From positions 2,315-66,314 of the forward strand of contig CAKZXA010000019.1 in NCBI GenBank assembly GCA_937922045.1: DNA of 64,000 nt, written 5' to 3'. This stretch comes from an uncultured Acidimicrobiales bacterium. Its GTDB lineage: Bacteria; Actinomycetota; Acidimicrobiia; Acidimicrobiales; SZUA-35. This document shows, piece by piece, positions 1 to 8,577 of this stretch. The position numbers and the translations under genes were made by a program. The number at the start of each line of letters is the position of its first letter. Positions within the stretch are counted from its first letter, which is position 1. Under the pieces are notes generated by a model, which was given only the letters and a program-made list of their open reading frames with translations, made no database searches and was not told the origin of the DNA.

Positions 1-738
1 CGCATGCTGATGACGCAGCGATCTTGGATCGATGCCATGCGCTGCCTGCTGTACGAAAACGCGGCTGCTTTGGACCGAACCGTCGGCGGCGGCGACGATG
101 CTGAAGCACAACAGGAGTGGGCCGACCTGCTGATCCCGCTATCCAAGGGCTTGTGCACCGATGTTGTCAACGAGATGACGTCGCTCGCCATCCAGATCCA
201 TGGCGGTATGGGCTTTGTCGAAGAGACCGGGGTCGCTCAGTATTATCGCGATGCTCGTATAGCTGCGATCTATGAAGGAACGAACGGGATCCAGGCCGCA
301 GACCTCGTGGGCCGCAAGCTGCCGATGCGCGGGGGCGCCGTTGTGTTGGAGAAGCTGGATGCGGCCGCGGCCTTGGCTGCCGAACTGACCGGAGTGGCCC
401 CGCTCGGTGATTTCGGGCCTCGATTGACCGAAGCGACTGCAGCGGCAAGGCGAGCCACAGAATGGCTCCTCGAGCACGGTATGACCAATCCCAACAACGC
501 CTTGGCTGGCTCAACGCCTTACCTGCGGATGCTGGGGGTGGTGATTTGTGGCTCTCTTCTCGGTACGTTGGCCAAGGCGACGCTCGATGCCGATGATGAC
601 GCCGATTTCCTCGCGGCCAAGCAGGCGTCGGCGCGCTTCTTCGGGGAGCAGATTCTGCCTACGGTCGGCGCTCTCGAAGCCCAGGTCACCGCTGGCGCCG
701 ATCTTCTGTTCGCCTTGAGCGCAGAGCAGTTGGCCTAA
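1..738 (+). CDS. acyl-CoA dehydrogenase, C-terminal part (5' end lies outside the window)
   Basis: The frame is open from the window edge. The motif IYEGTNGIQAADLVGRKL is typical of the acyl-CoA dehydrogenase C-terminal helical domain and is followed by a long C-terminal extension. Confidence 0.75.
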   Translation, partial: RMLMTQRSWIDAMRCLLYENAAALDRTVGGGDDAEAQQEWADLLIPLSKGLCTDVVNEMTSLAIQIHGGMGFVEETGVAQYYRDARIAAIYEGTNGIQAADLVGRKLPMRGGAVVLEKLDAAAALAAELTGVAPLGDFGPRLTEATAAARRATEWLLEHGMTNPNNALAGSTPYLRMLGVVICGSLLGTLAKATLDADDDADFLAAKQASARFFGEQILPTVGALEAQVTAGADLLFALSAEQLA

Positions 739-828
739 GGCACACAGCAGCTTGGCTTCAACGACTATGACGGAACATCTGCGAGGCGCTAGCGGTTACA
801 CAACCGACCCGGACTAGTCTTACGAGCG

Positions 829-1719
829 GTGCTTCACATGTTTAGACAACCCGACTTCGCTCTACTCGCTTCCATTCCGAGCCCGTCCTCAAACGGTCTT
901 GAGCTTGGTCCGCTCACGCTCAACTACTATGGACTCTGCATTGGAATCGGTGTCTTGGCCGCGGTGTATATCGCTCAACGCCGGTGGGCGGCCAGGGGTG
1001 GAAACCCGGAGGTCGTGCCCGAGATCGCCATCTGGGCTGTCCCGGCAGGCTTGGTCGGGGCTCGTATCTATCACCTCATCACCGACTGGCGTTCACCGTC
1101 GGACTGGATCAAGGTTTGGGAGGGTGGACTCGGGATCCCTGGGGGTCTCATTCTTGGCGTGCTCGTCGGCTACTTTGTGGCTCGCCGCAAGGTCGTCGAC
1201 ATCCCGAACCTGATCGACGCGTCCATTCCTGGCATCCCTGTGGCCCAGGCCATCGGACGCCTCGGCAACTGGGTGAACCAGGAGATCTACGGGCGGCCAA
1301 CGGATGTGCCCTGGGCGGTTGAGATCGATCCGGCTTTCCGACCCGCCGAGTACCCAGACTCCCCAACGTTCCATCCGGCCTTCCTTTACGAAGCGCTTTG
1401 GAACCTTGGTCTGGCCGGATTTCTGATCTGGATCGACCGCCGTGGTCGCCTCAAGCGGGGCATGATCCTTCCGCTCTACATTCTGGGTTACGGCATTGGC
1501 CGGTTTATCGTTGAGGCGGTGCGGATCGACTTCGCCAGCCGGATTCTCGGTATCCGGGTCAACCACTGGATGAGTGGCGCTGCTGTGCTCTTGTCGGTCT
1601 TAGCTCTCATGTTCCTGTATGGCAAAGCCAAGCCGTCACATTGGGCGTCGATGGCGTCGTCCGATCGTGGGGGGACCACCAGCGGCGACCTCGACAGCGA
1701 GGATCAGGAAGTCGGTTAG
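829..1719 (+). CDS. lgt: prolipoprotein diacylglyceryl transferase
   Basis: Multi-TM protein with GARIYH, GGLGIPGG and GRLGNWVNQEIYG motifs characteristic of Lgt. The start is GTG 829 or ATG 838. Confidence 0.9.
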   Translation: MLHMFRQPDFALLASIPSPSSNGLELGPLTLNYYGLCIGIGVLAAVYIAQRRWAARGGNPEVVPEIAIWAVPAGLVGARIYHLITDWRSPSDWIKVWEGGLGIPGGLILGVLVGYFVARRKVVDIPNLIDASIPGIPVAQAIGRLGNWVNQEIYGRPTDVPWAVEIDPAFRPAEYPDSPTFHPAFLYEALWNLGLAGFLIWIDRRGRLKRGMILPLYILGYGIGRFIVEAVRIDFASRILGIRVNHWMSGAAVLLSVLALMFLYGKAKPSHWASMASSDRGGTTSGDLDSEDQEVG

Positions 1720-3173
1720 ACGGCATCCTCGGCCGGCTTGGGAACGAGCACTCGTTCAATATCCAACCCAAGCCCCTTGAAGTTGGGGATGGCGTGGTTG
1801 TAGCCGCGATCGAGATGGTGCGTTCCGGTGATCGTGGTTGTGCCAGTGGCGGCCGCGGCCGCTAGAACGTAGGCGAATCCGCCGCGAATATCGGGCACAA
1901 CCACGTCGGTTCCGATGAGGGGTGCGCCACCTTTGACCACGACCGAACAGGCGGTGGAAGAACCGACGAAACGACTGTGGCCACTGCCAAGCGGGATGTT
2001 GTAGGGCTGGATGTCGGCCCCCATTTTGCGCAGCGCTGGCACATAGGTGAATCGATTCTCGTACACGGTCTCGTACATAACCGACATGCCTTCACATTGG
2101 GTGAAGAGGGCAACCATCGGCGACTGCCAATCGGTCATAAACCCGGGATGGGTGTCGGTCTCGACCGCGCCGGCGGTGAGATGGTCGGCCCTGGCCGACA
2201 CCGATGAGTCGGTGATCTCGAACTCTGCGCCCATGCGGGACAAGGTTGAGATGGCGGTGACGAGCCTGTCTTGGCTGCAACCGTGGACCGTGACCTGGCC
2301 GCCGGTGATCAGGCCTGCGACAAGATAGGAGAAGGCTTCGATGCGGTCGCCTTTGAGACGGTGAGCAGCTCCGGAGAGCTTCGGTACACCGTCGATGATG
2401 TAGCGACGGTTTGGGTGCATCTCGATGTGGGCGCCCATGCGCTGCAGGAAGAGAGCGAGTTCGATTACTTCGGGCTCGAGGGCACCGCCGTCGAGCACGG
2501 TGCGGCCATTGGCCATGGAGGCGGTGAGCAGGACGGTCTCGGTGGCGCCAACCGACGGGTACGGCAGCTCGATGTGAGCCCCCCTCAGCTGGCCGGCCTT
2601 GGCGTGGAGCCCTTCGCTGGTTATCTCGACCTCGGCCCCCATTTTTTCCAAGGCGTTGACATGGAAGTCCAGTGGGCGGGAACCGATGTCGTCGCCACCG
2701 ACCAATGGCACGAAGGCCTGGCCGGTGCGGTGGAGGAGTGGACCGACCATGAGGATTGGAATGCGGTTCATGCCGCTGAAGGTCAAGGGCACTTCACTGC
2801 TCGATAATGGCCGAGAGTCGACGATCGCATCACCATTGCTGCGCTCGATCACACAGCCGAGCGATTCGAGCATTTGGGCTGTGATGTCGACATCGCCGAT
2901 TTCAGGGCAGTTCGAGACGGTGGACGGTGTGTCGCCCAGCATGGCGGCGACGAGGTGTTTCGTCACCGCGTTCTTAGAGCCCCGCACCGCTACATCACCA
3001 ACGAGGGGTCCGGCCGGATTAACAATCCAAGCTTCGGTGGTCTCGCTGGACTCAGAACTTGTCTGCTCGGCTGTCGTCTGTTCTGCGGTGGCTGGTGTCA
3101 CGAAAAACCAATCTAGTTGGATGGATGGAACATGAGTGGGCAGATGGACAAATCTGGGTGTAGTTCTCACCAT
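1716..3173 (-). CDS. murA: UDP-N-acetylglucosamine 1-carboxyvinyltransferase
   Basis: Carries GSKNAVTKHLVAAML, GGDDIGSRPLDFH and VGATETVLLTAS motifs. The ORF has a roughly 55-60 aa N-terminal extension, so the true start is uncertain (ATG 3173 or GTG 3102). Its stop overlaps the convergent lgt stop by 4 nt. Confidence 0.9.
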   Translation of the reverse strand: MVRTTPRFVHLPTHVPSIQLDWFFVTPATAEQTTAEQTSSESSETTEAWIVNPAGPLVGDVAVRGSKNAVTKHLVAAMLGDTPSTVSNCPEIGDVDITAQMLESLGCVIERSNGDAIVDSRPLSSSEVPLTFSGMNRIPILMVGPLLHRTGQAFVPLVGGDDIGSRPLDFHVNALEKMGAEVEITSEGLHAKAGQLRGAHIELPYPSVGATETVLLTASMANGRTVLDGGALEPEVIELALFLQRMGAHIEMHPNRRYIIDGVPKLSGAAHRLKGDRIEAFSYLVAGLITGGQVTVHGCSQDRLVTAISTLSRMGAEFEITDSSVSARADHLTAGAVETDTHPGFMTDWQSPMVALFTQCEGMSVMYETVYENRFTYVPALRKMGADIQPYNIPLGSGHSRFVGSSTACSVVVKGGAPLIGTDVVVPDIRGGFAYVLAAAAATGTTTITGTHHLDRGYNHAIPNFKGLGLDIERVLVPKPAEDAV

Positions 3174-3194
3174 TGCCCGTGAAGATCAGAAGAC

Positions 3195-4220
3195 CTAATG
3201 GCTGAGGCGCGCCTCGATGCCGATCGACTGAAGGGCGGCGGTGATATGGCCGCCGGTTGCGACCAGGTTGGTGAGTCGATTGTAGGGATGAAGGCGGGGA
3301 AGGTCTGCTCGTGGCCGTTCCGGAGGACTGGCCAGTGTGGCTGCGACCTCAAAGGAGAGCGCAAAGAGAAAGAGACGTTGAGCGAGTTGCTGATGGCTGA
3401 ACAGATCTGGGTAGGCAGCGGCTAGCCACATCGGCACATCGACGTAGTCTTGGGCGCTGGTAGCGCCTTCGTAGTCTTCAGCCACGTGCCCCTTTGGGAT
3501 GGCACAGAACCGCAGCAGCACGTCGAGGTCAAGATCGGCTGGGCCGCCCCGGCACCACTCAAAATCCAACAATCCGGTAATCGTTGAGCCATCCCACAGA
3601 ATGTTCTCAAAGCTGAGATCTCCGTGGATGAGCTGGTTGCCGTCGATCTCTGGAAGAGCCTCCTCAGCACGGCGCAGCTTCGACTCGATGAGTGAGAGCA
3701 CATCAGCGTCGACGAATCGGTTGCGGCGTAGGGCGGTGACACCGCGCCAGAGCGGGCCTGTGGGCTGAAGCCCTGAGCGGAGCATGTGTGGAGGTTTGGC
3801 AATGGTTGGCAGGCTGGCCGGCGAGCGGATCTCGTGAAGCTCGCGGAGGCAGGAGGCGAGTTGAGCGATGGCCTCGCGACGTTGGCTCGTGCGCATGTCG
3901 GGCCACCAGCGCGACAGAGGCGACCCCTCGCGCCGTTCGACGATGAGATAGTCGGAACCGACGCCGCCACCGTAGGCAACGACGGTGGGTGTCCATGGCC
4001 GTTTGGGGAGGGCGTGGCACAGTTTCGCCTCCCGCCGAAGTCGTTCATTGGGCTGTCGATTGAGACGAATGGCGTAGTCGTCGCTCAGGAAAACCTCGTT
4101 GCGGGTGCTATGGGCGCGTACCATAGGCCCGTCATTGGCGAGGCCACTGGCTTCGAGAGCCTGTCGGGCGCGTGCTAGCGCCAGGTTTCCGAGAAGATCG
4201 TTGCTCATAGTGCGTTGCAC
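3195..4220 (-). CDS. phosphotransferase family protein (APH/choline-kinase-like)
   Basis: Catalytic loop IHGDLSFENILWD followed by LLDFEW, as in the aminoglycoside phosphotransferase fold. Lies 21 nt upstream of the murA ORF. Confidence 0.7.
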   Translation of the reverse strand: MQRTMSNDLLGNLALARARQALEASGLANDGPMVRAHSTRNEVFLSDDYAIRLNRQPNERLRREAKLCHALPKRPWTPTVVAYGGGVGSDYLIVERREGSPLSRWWPDMRTSQRREAIAQLASCLRELHEIRSPASLPTIAKPPHMLRSGLQPTGPLWRGVTALRRNRFVDADVLSLIESKLRRAEEALPEIDGNQLIHGDLSFENILWDGSTITGLLDFEWCRGGPADLDLDVLLRFCAIPKGHVAEDYEGATSAQDYVDVPMWLAAAYPDLFSHQQLAQRLFLFALSFEVAATLASPPERPRADLPRLHPYNRLTNLVATGGHITAALQSIGIEARLSH

Positions 4221-4316
4221 CTATCGGCGACGGTTGCAGGATCGTTAGCGACCAGCCGATATCACCGGCCATTCCGAAGGGAGCGGCCGTCCTAGGGGCA
4301 AGGCGGGGCCGGGTGG

Positions 4317-5210
4317 CTACACGAGATTGGCTGACGCCAGCACCGCAGTAGACAGTGCTGGCCATCGTTCCAGCGCCCACGGGCCGAACGGCTCATCGGT
4401 CAGAACGGCGCAGGCCAGGGCCTGCTCGGGGTCGATCCATAGAAAGGTTCCGGCTGCGCCAAAGTGACCGAAGGTGGTCGCTGAGTTGTCTGCCGATGTC
4501 CAGTGAGGGGTCTTGGAACCTTTGATCTCGAAACCGAGCCCCCACGGGTTGGGGTCCTGGCGGCCGAACCCTGGGAGGACGCCAGCCAGGTGTCCGAGGT
4601 GAGGCGACGTGGCGTGGAGCAAGGTTTCAGTGCTGATCAGGGTCGGCTTCATCAGCTCACCGGCGACCACGAGCAGATCCCGAACCGAACTGCGTGCTCC
4701 GTGAGCGGGCGATCCGTAGAGTTCGGTGGAACGCAGGCCAAGGGGCTGCACAACGGCTTCGTGGAAATACTGACCAGCGGTCATACCGGTCGAGGCGGCC
4801 AACGCCTCCCCAACGAGTTCGAAACCGAGATTTGAGTAGATGCGCCGAGACCCGACTGCTGCCATGGTCGGCAACGACCCGTCGGCTGTATCGGGGGCTT
4901 CAGGGGGAAGGCCGGAGCTGTGGGACAAAAGGTGGGCGATCGTTGACCCCTCGGGACCAGCCGCTTGTTCGTAGGCAATCGAGCCCTCCTCAACCGCCAC
5001 GAGGATGCAGACCGCAAACAACGCCTTGGTGATCGACGCTAGTTCGAAGGGGGTATTCTCGTTGCCGTAGCGAGCGCCGGTGCCGTCGTGATGCATCCAA
5101 CCAGCGGCCGCTGTCTTGACCGGCCACTCCATCAACGCCTCGAGACCGGTCAGGTGCTCAAGGGGCCGATTCGTCTCGTTTGACGAGCCGTTCGGGGTCG
5201 AAGACTTCAT
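4317..5210 (-). CDS. serine hydrolase (beta-lactamase / PBP-related family)
   Basis: SITK (SxxK), YSN (YxN) and HFGAAG (third box) motifs occur in the canonical order. Confidence 0.8.
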   Translation of the reverse strand: MKSSTPNGSSNETNRPLEHLTGLEALMEWPVKTAAAGWMHHDGTGARYGNENTPFELASITKALFAVCILVAVEEGSIAYEQAAGPEGSTIAHLLSHSSGLPPEAPDTADGSLPTMAAVGSRRIYSNLGFELVGEALAASTGMTAGQYFHEAVVQPLGLRSTELYGSPAHGARSSVRDLLVVAGELMKPTLISTETLLHATSPHLGHLAGVLPGFGRQDPNPWGLGFEIKGSKTPHWTSADNSATTFGHFGAAGTFLWIDPEQALACAVLTDEPFGPWALERWPALSTAVLASANLV

Positions 5211-5482
5211 GGTTCGGACGCTAGCTGTTTTTGACTCTGAAGTGGTGAAGCTCGTTCTCTTGGCATTCGTTGGATAGCCTAAGAAGAGTATGGGTTGCCG
5301 CCGACAGGATCGGTCGTCGCCCCTGCGCTGCCACCATCATCCAAAAGCGCCGGACTCCACAGACACATGGCTCAACAGGCCTGTTGCAGAATGTTCGGCT
5401 GAGATGGCATCCAAAAGACAACATGCCAGGTGGCCAACGCCGATCACGACGATCGTGCGAGCGCATGTCTAGGTCGAAAGGA

Positions 5483-6661
5483 ATGGGCATAGCCCACAAA
5501 GTGAGTATTACGTTTAAGGAGCTAGGTGTAGCCCCCGAAGTCGTCGAGTCTCTCTCGACACGGGGTATCGAAGACGCCTTTCCAATCCAAGAGTTAACAA
5601 TTGCCGATGCGTTGGAAGGCCACGATGTTTGTGGCAAGGCCAAGACTGGTTCGGGCAAGACCCTCGCCTTCGGTATCCCACTCGTTCAGCGATTGGCCCA
5701 AGGGTCAAAAGGCGGGGTGCGAGGCCTCATCCTCGTACCAACCCGCGAACTTGCCACCCAGGTAACCGAGGAACTCGAACCTCTAGCCAAGGTGTCGAAT
5801 CTCAAGCCTCTTGCCGTCTACGGCGGCGCCGACATCGAAAAGCAGATTAGCAAGCTGAAGAAAGGCATCGACTTCATCGTGGCTACCCCCGGCCGCATGA
5901 TCGACCTTCTCGACCGTGGAGAGGTTTCGGTAGCCGACGTCGACATGGTCGTGATCGATGAGGCCGACCGCATGGCCGACATGGGATTTCTCCCACAGGT
6001 CGAGTGGATCTTGCGTCGCATTGAAGGCAACCATCAGACGCTGCTCTTCTCAGCGACCCTCGATGGTGCTGTCGACTCTCTGGTCAGTCGCTATCAGCAT
6101 GATCCAATACGCCATGAGGTCGAGGCCAGCGAGGTAACGGTCGAGGATCTGGCTCATCGCTTCATCACGGTTCACGACATGGACCGGACGAAGGTCGTGG
6201 CCGCGATCGTCGAAGCCGCCAAGCGAACCATCATCTTCTGCAATACCAAAAGGCAATGCGACCGCTTGTCGCGGGATCTGGAAAACTTGAACGTTTCGGC
6301 ACAGGCTATTCACGGAGATCTTCGGCAGCGGCAGCGAGAGAAGGCGCTCGGCGAGTTCTCGGACGGCCGGTTGCAGGCCTTGGTGGCCACCGACGTGGCA
6401 GCTCGAGGGATCCACGTCGACGACGTTGCCGTCGTCATCCATTTCGATCCACCGGATGATCACAAGACATACCTCCACCGATCGGGCCGTACCGCCCGCG
6501 CCGGTGGCTCAGGCGTGGCTGTGACACTCGTGCTTTGGAATCAGGAGCTCGACGTTAAGCGGCTACAGAGGCGACTGGCGCTCGATATTCCGATCGTCGA
6601 GATGTTCTCCAATGATGAGCGGCTTACCGATCTTGCCGCGTGGGACCCGGTCGAGTCGTAG
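5483..6661 (+). CDS. DEAD-box ATP-dependent RNA helicase
   Basis: Q-motif AFPIQ, AKTGSGKT, DEAD, SAT and HRSGRTARAG are present. The start is placed at ATG 5483, which is preceded by GAAAGGA. The raw ORF extends to 5270, but that extension is Arg-rich and unlike a helicase. Confidence 0.9.
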   Translation: MGIAHKVSITFKELGVAPEVVESLSTRGIEDAFPIQELTIADALEGHDVCGKAKTGSGKTLAFGIPLVQRLAQGSKGGVRGLILVPTRELATQVTEELEPLAKVSNLKPLAVYGGADIEKQISKLKKGIDFIVATPGRMIDLLDRGEVSVADVDMVVIDEADRMADMGFLPQVEWILRRIEGNHQTLLFSATLDGAVDSLVSRYQHDPIRHEVEASEVTVEDLAHRFITVHDMDRTKVVAAIVEAAKRTIIFCNTKRQCDRLSRDLENLNVSAQAIHGDLRQRQREKALGEFSDGRLQALVATDVAARGIHVDDVAVVIHFDPPDDHKTYLHRSGRTARAGGSGVAVTLVLWNQELDVKRLQRRLALDIPIVEMFSNDERLTDLAAWDPVES

Positions 6662-6712
6662 CAACAGCGACGTTGCCCTCGTCCCATCCCTGCCACCAGT
6701 GATAGAGACACG

Positions 6713-8500
6713 ATGAGCAGGGGTGACCCGATCCGGTTGGACGTGGCCCGTCGGCGCTGGGCCCGCCGCCTCGCCGCCTCGGTTGAATCGAGCGATGCCG
6801 AAGAATCGGGGTCGCTCGTTTTTGCTGTCGCTGCCAATGTGGCGGCCGCGGTCGGTGTCGAACCAGCAGCGCTTGGACTCTCGCCGAATGCCACGATTCA
6901 ACCGCCAGACCCTCCGGGTGGTTGGGGGTCACCCTGGCTGCTCGGACTGGTCCATGAGCAGGCTGTGAGCGACCAGAGTCGTCGAGGGCGCGGCGCCTGG
7001 TATACGCCTGAACCTGTGGTGCGAGGTCTCGTGGCTCTGGCCACCGAGGCGATGGCGGCACCAGAGGTCGGCTCGGTGGTCCTGGATCCGACGTGTGGCG
7101 GTGGCGCGTTCCTTCTCGCCGCTGCCGATCGTCTTGTCGGGCTTGGGCTATCGCCAGCCACCGCTCTCAACCGATTGGCTGGCATGGATATCGACGCCGG
7201 TGCCGTTGAAACCGCCGAGCTCTCGCTGCGGCTATGGGCGGCGATGCGTGGCCTCGACCCGACCATGGTTGAGCTCGATCTCGAGGTCGGTGATGCTCTG
7301 AGCGCGCCAGCTGATCGTTGGGCGTCCCACCGCCTTGTGGTCGGCAATCCGCCGTTTGGTTCGCCGCTCCGATCGGGAGCCCTGCCCGAGACCGCCACGC
7401 GATTCCGTCAAGAACATGCCGAACACCTCGGGCCTTACGCCGACCTGGCGGCGATTCATCTGCTCAAAGCCCTGCTCGATAGTGGGCCAGAGTCGGTTGT
7501 TGCCCTCGTTCAACCCCAATCGGTCCTGGCCACCCAAGACACCGCCGCTCTTCGGTCGTTGATCGAGGAAGGTCGGTTCGGCTGGCTTGAAGCTCTGTGG
7601 GTGGCGCGAGAGTCGGTGTTCGACGCTGGCGTCAAGACGTGTGCCCCAGTGATCGGCCCCCGGGACCCGGGTGTGGATGGTGTCCGACTCGCTCACGGAT
7701 TGGACGTTACCTCACGGGGTCAGGCTCCAACCGATGCTTGGGGTTCCTTGGCTGTTCGGGCGTTGGGAGCGCCGCAGTTGCCGCCAATGATGACCGAACG
7801 GAGCCATGGTCAGCCCCTGGCGCCTGGGTTGAGCGCAACCGCTGGATTTCGCGATGAGTACTACGGGCTGGTAGCAGCCTGTCGCGAGATGGACGCCGAA
7901 GACGATGGCAGCGGATCGATCGCTCCCTTGCTCACCGTTGGCCTCGTCGACCCCCTCACCAATCTGTGGGGACTGCAACCGTGTCGGTTCGGGCGCACCG
8001 AGTGGCAACGACCGGTGATCGATCGGAGTGAGCTTTCCGACAAGGTTGAGCGCTGGGTCGAGCGCCAGTCGGTTCCGAAGGTGATCCTGGCTACCCAGTC
8101 GAAGGTCTTGGAACCGGTTGTTGATCTCGATGGCTCACTGATCCCAGCCACCCCGCTCATCGCCGTACACTGCCCAGCCGACCGGCTTGGGCATGTGGCG
8201 GCCGTGCTGCTAGCGCCGCCGGTTGTCGCTTGGGCTTGGGCCCGCTGGTTCGGTACGGCCCTCACCGTTGAAGGCGTGAAACTTGCCGCCAAACACATCG
8301 TTGAGTTGCCAACCCCGCCAGATACGCAACGGTGGGATCAGGCGGCGGCGCTCGTGGTTGAGCAGGCTAAACAGGCCGCCGATCGTCAGAGCGGACGAGC
8401 GGTAACCCTCGAAGTCGCCCGCATCATGAATCAGGCCTATGGCGGTGACGGAGCGCTGCTTGAGTGGTGGGAGGCCCGGCTACCTCGCCTCGACCGCTAG
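6713..8500 (+). CDS. N6-adenine DNA methyltransferase, gamma-class (Eco57I/TaqI-like), no nuclease domain seen
   Basis: SAM motif I VLDPTCGGGAFLLAA precedes catalytic motif IV VVGNPPFGS. A long C-terminal region is consistent with a target-recognition domain. Confidence 0.8.
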   Translation: MSRGDPIRLDVARRRWARRLAASVESSDAEESGSLVFAVAANVAAAVGVEPAALGLSPNATIQPPDPPGGWGSPWLLGLVHEQAVSDQSRRGRGAWYTPEPVVRGLVALATEAMAAPEVGSVVLDPTCGGGAFLLAAADRLVGLGLSPATALNRLAGMDIDAGAVETAELSLRLWAAMRGLDPTMVELDLEVGDALSAPADRWASHRLVVGNPPFGSPLRSGALPETATRFRQEHAEHLGPYADLAAIHLLKALLDSGPESVVALVQPQSVLATQDTAALRSLIEEGRFGWLEALWVARESVFDAGVKTCAPVIGPRDPGVDGVRLAHGLDVTSRGQAPTDAWGSLAVRALGAPQLPPMMTERSHGQPLAPGLSATAGFRDEYYGLVAACREMDAEDDGSGSIAPLLTVGLVDPLTNLWGLQPCRFGRTEWQRPVIDRSELSDKVERWVERQSVPKVILATQSKVLEPVVDLDGSLIPATPLIAVHCPADRLGHVAAVLLAPPVVAWAWARWFGTALTVEGVKLAAKHIVELPTPPDTQRWDQAAALVVEQAKQAADRQSGRAVTLEVARIMNQAYGGDGALLEWWEARLPRLDR

Positions 8501-8564
8501 TTCGGCCCGGGTGCGGCCGTTCGGTGGGAGGGGAATCGGTAGGCCATGGATACGCCACTAGGGC

Positions 8565-8570
8565 TACAAT
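8565..8570 (+). promoter_or_regulatory. candidate -10 box (TACAAT) giving a leaderless metX transcript
   Basis: TACAAT lies 7 nt upstream of the in-frame GTG at 8578. Confidence 0.35.
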
Positions 8571-8577
8571 CGATTGC

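Noticed and set aside
1716-1719. 4-nt overlap of the convergent lgt and murA stop codons
   Set aside because: The overlap is real, but this is a common compact arrangement. There is no evidence of special function beyond the absence of an intergenic terminator.
5483-8500. Helicase + methyltransferase as a possible defence module (BREX/DISARM/Type I-like)
   Set aside because: The helicase is a compact canonical DEAD-box RNA helicase (Q-motif, DEAD, SAT, HRSGRTARAG), not a DNA translocase. There is no specificity subunit, nuclease, phosphatase or ATPase partner, and the flanking genes are housekeeping.
8501-8577. SAM riboswitch upstream of metX
   Set aside because: Only about 77 nt are available, and I see no SAM-I or SAM-IV-like conserved helices. 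A -10 box placed for a leaderless start fits better.
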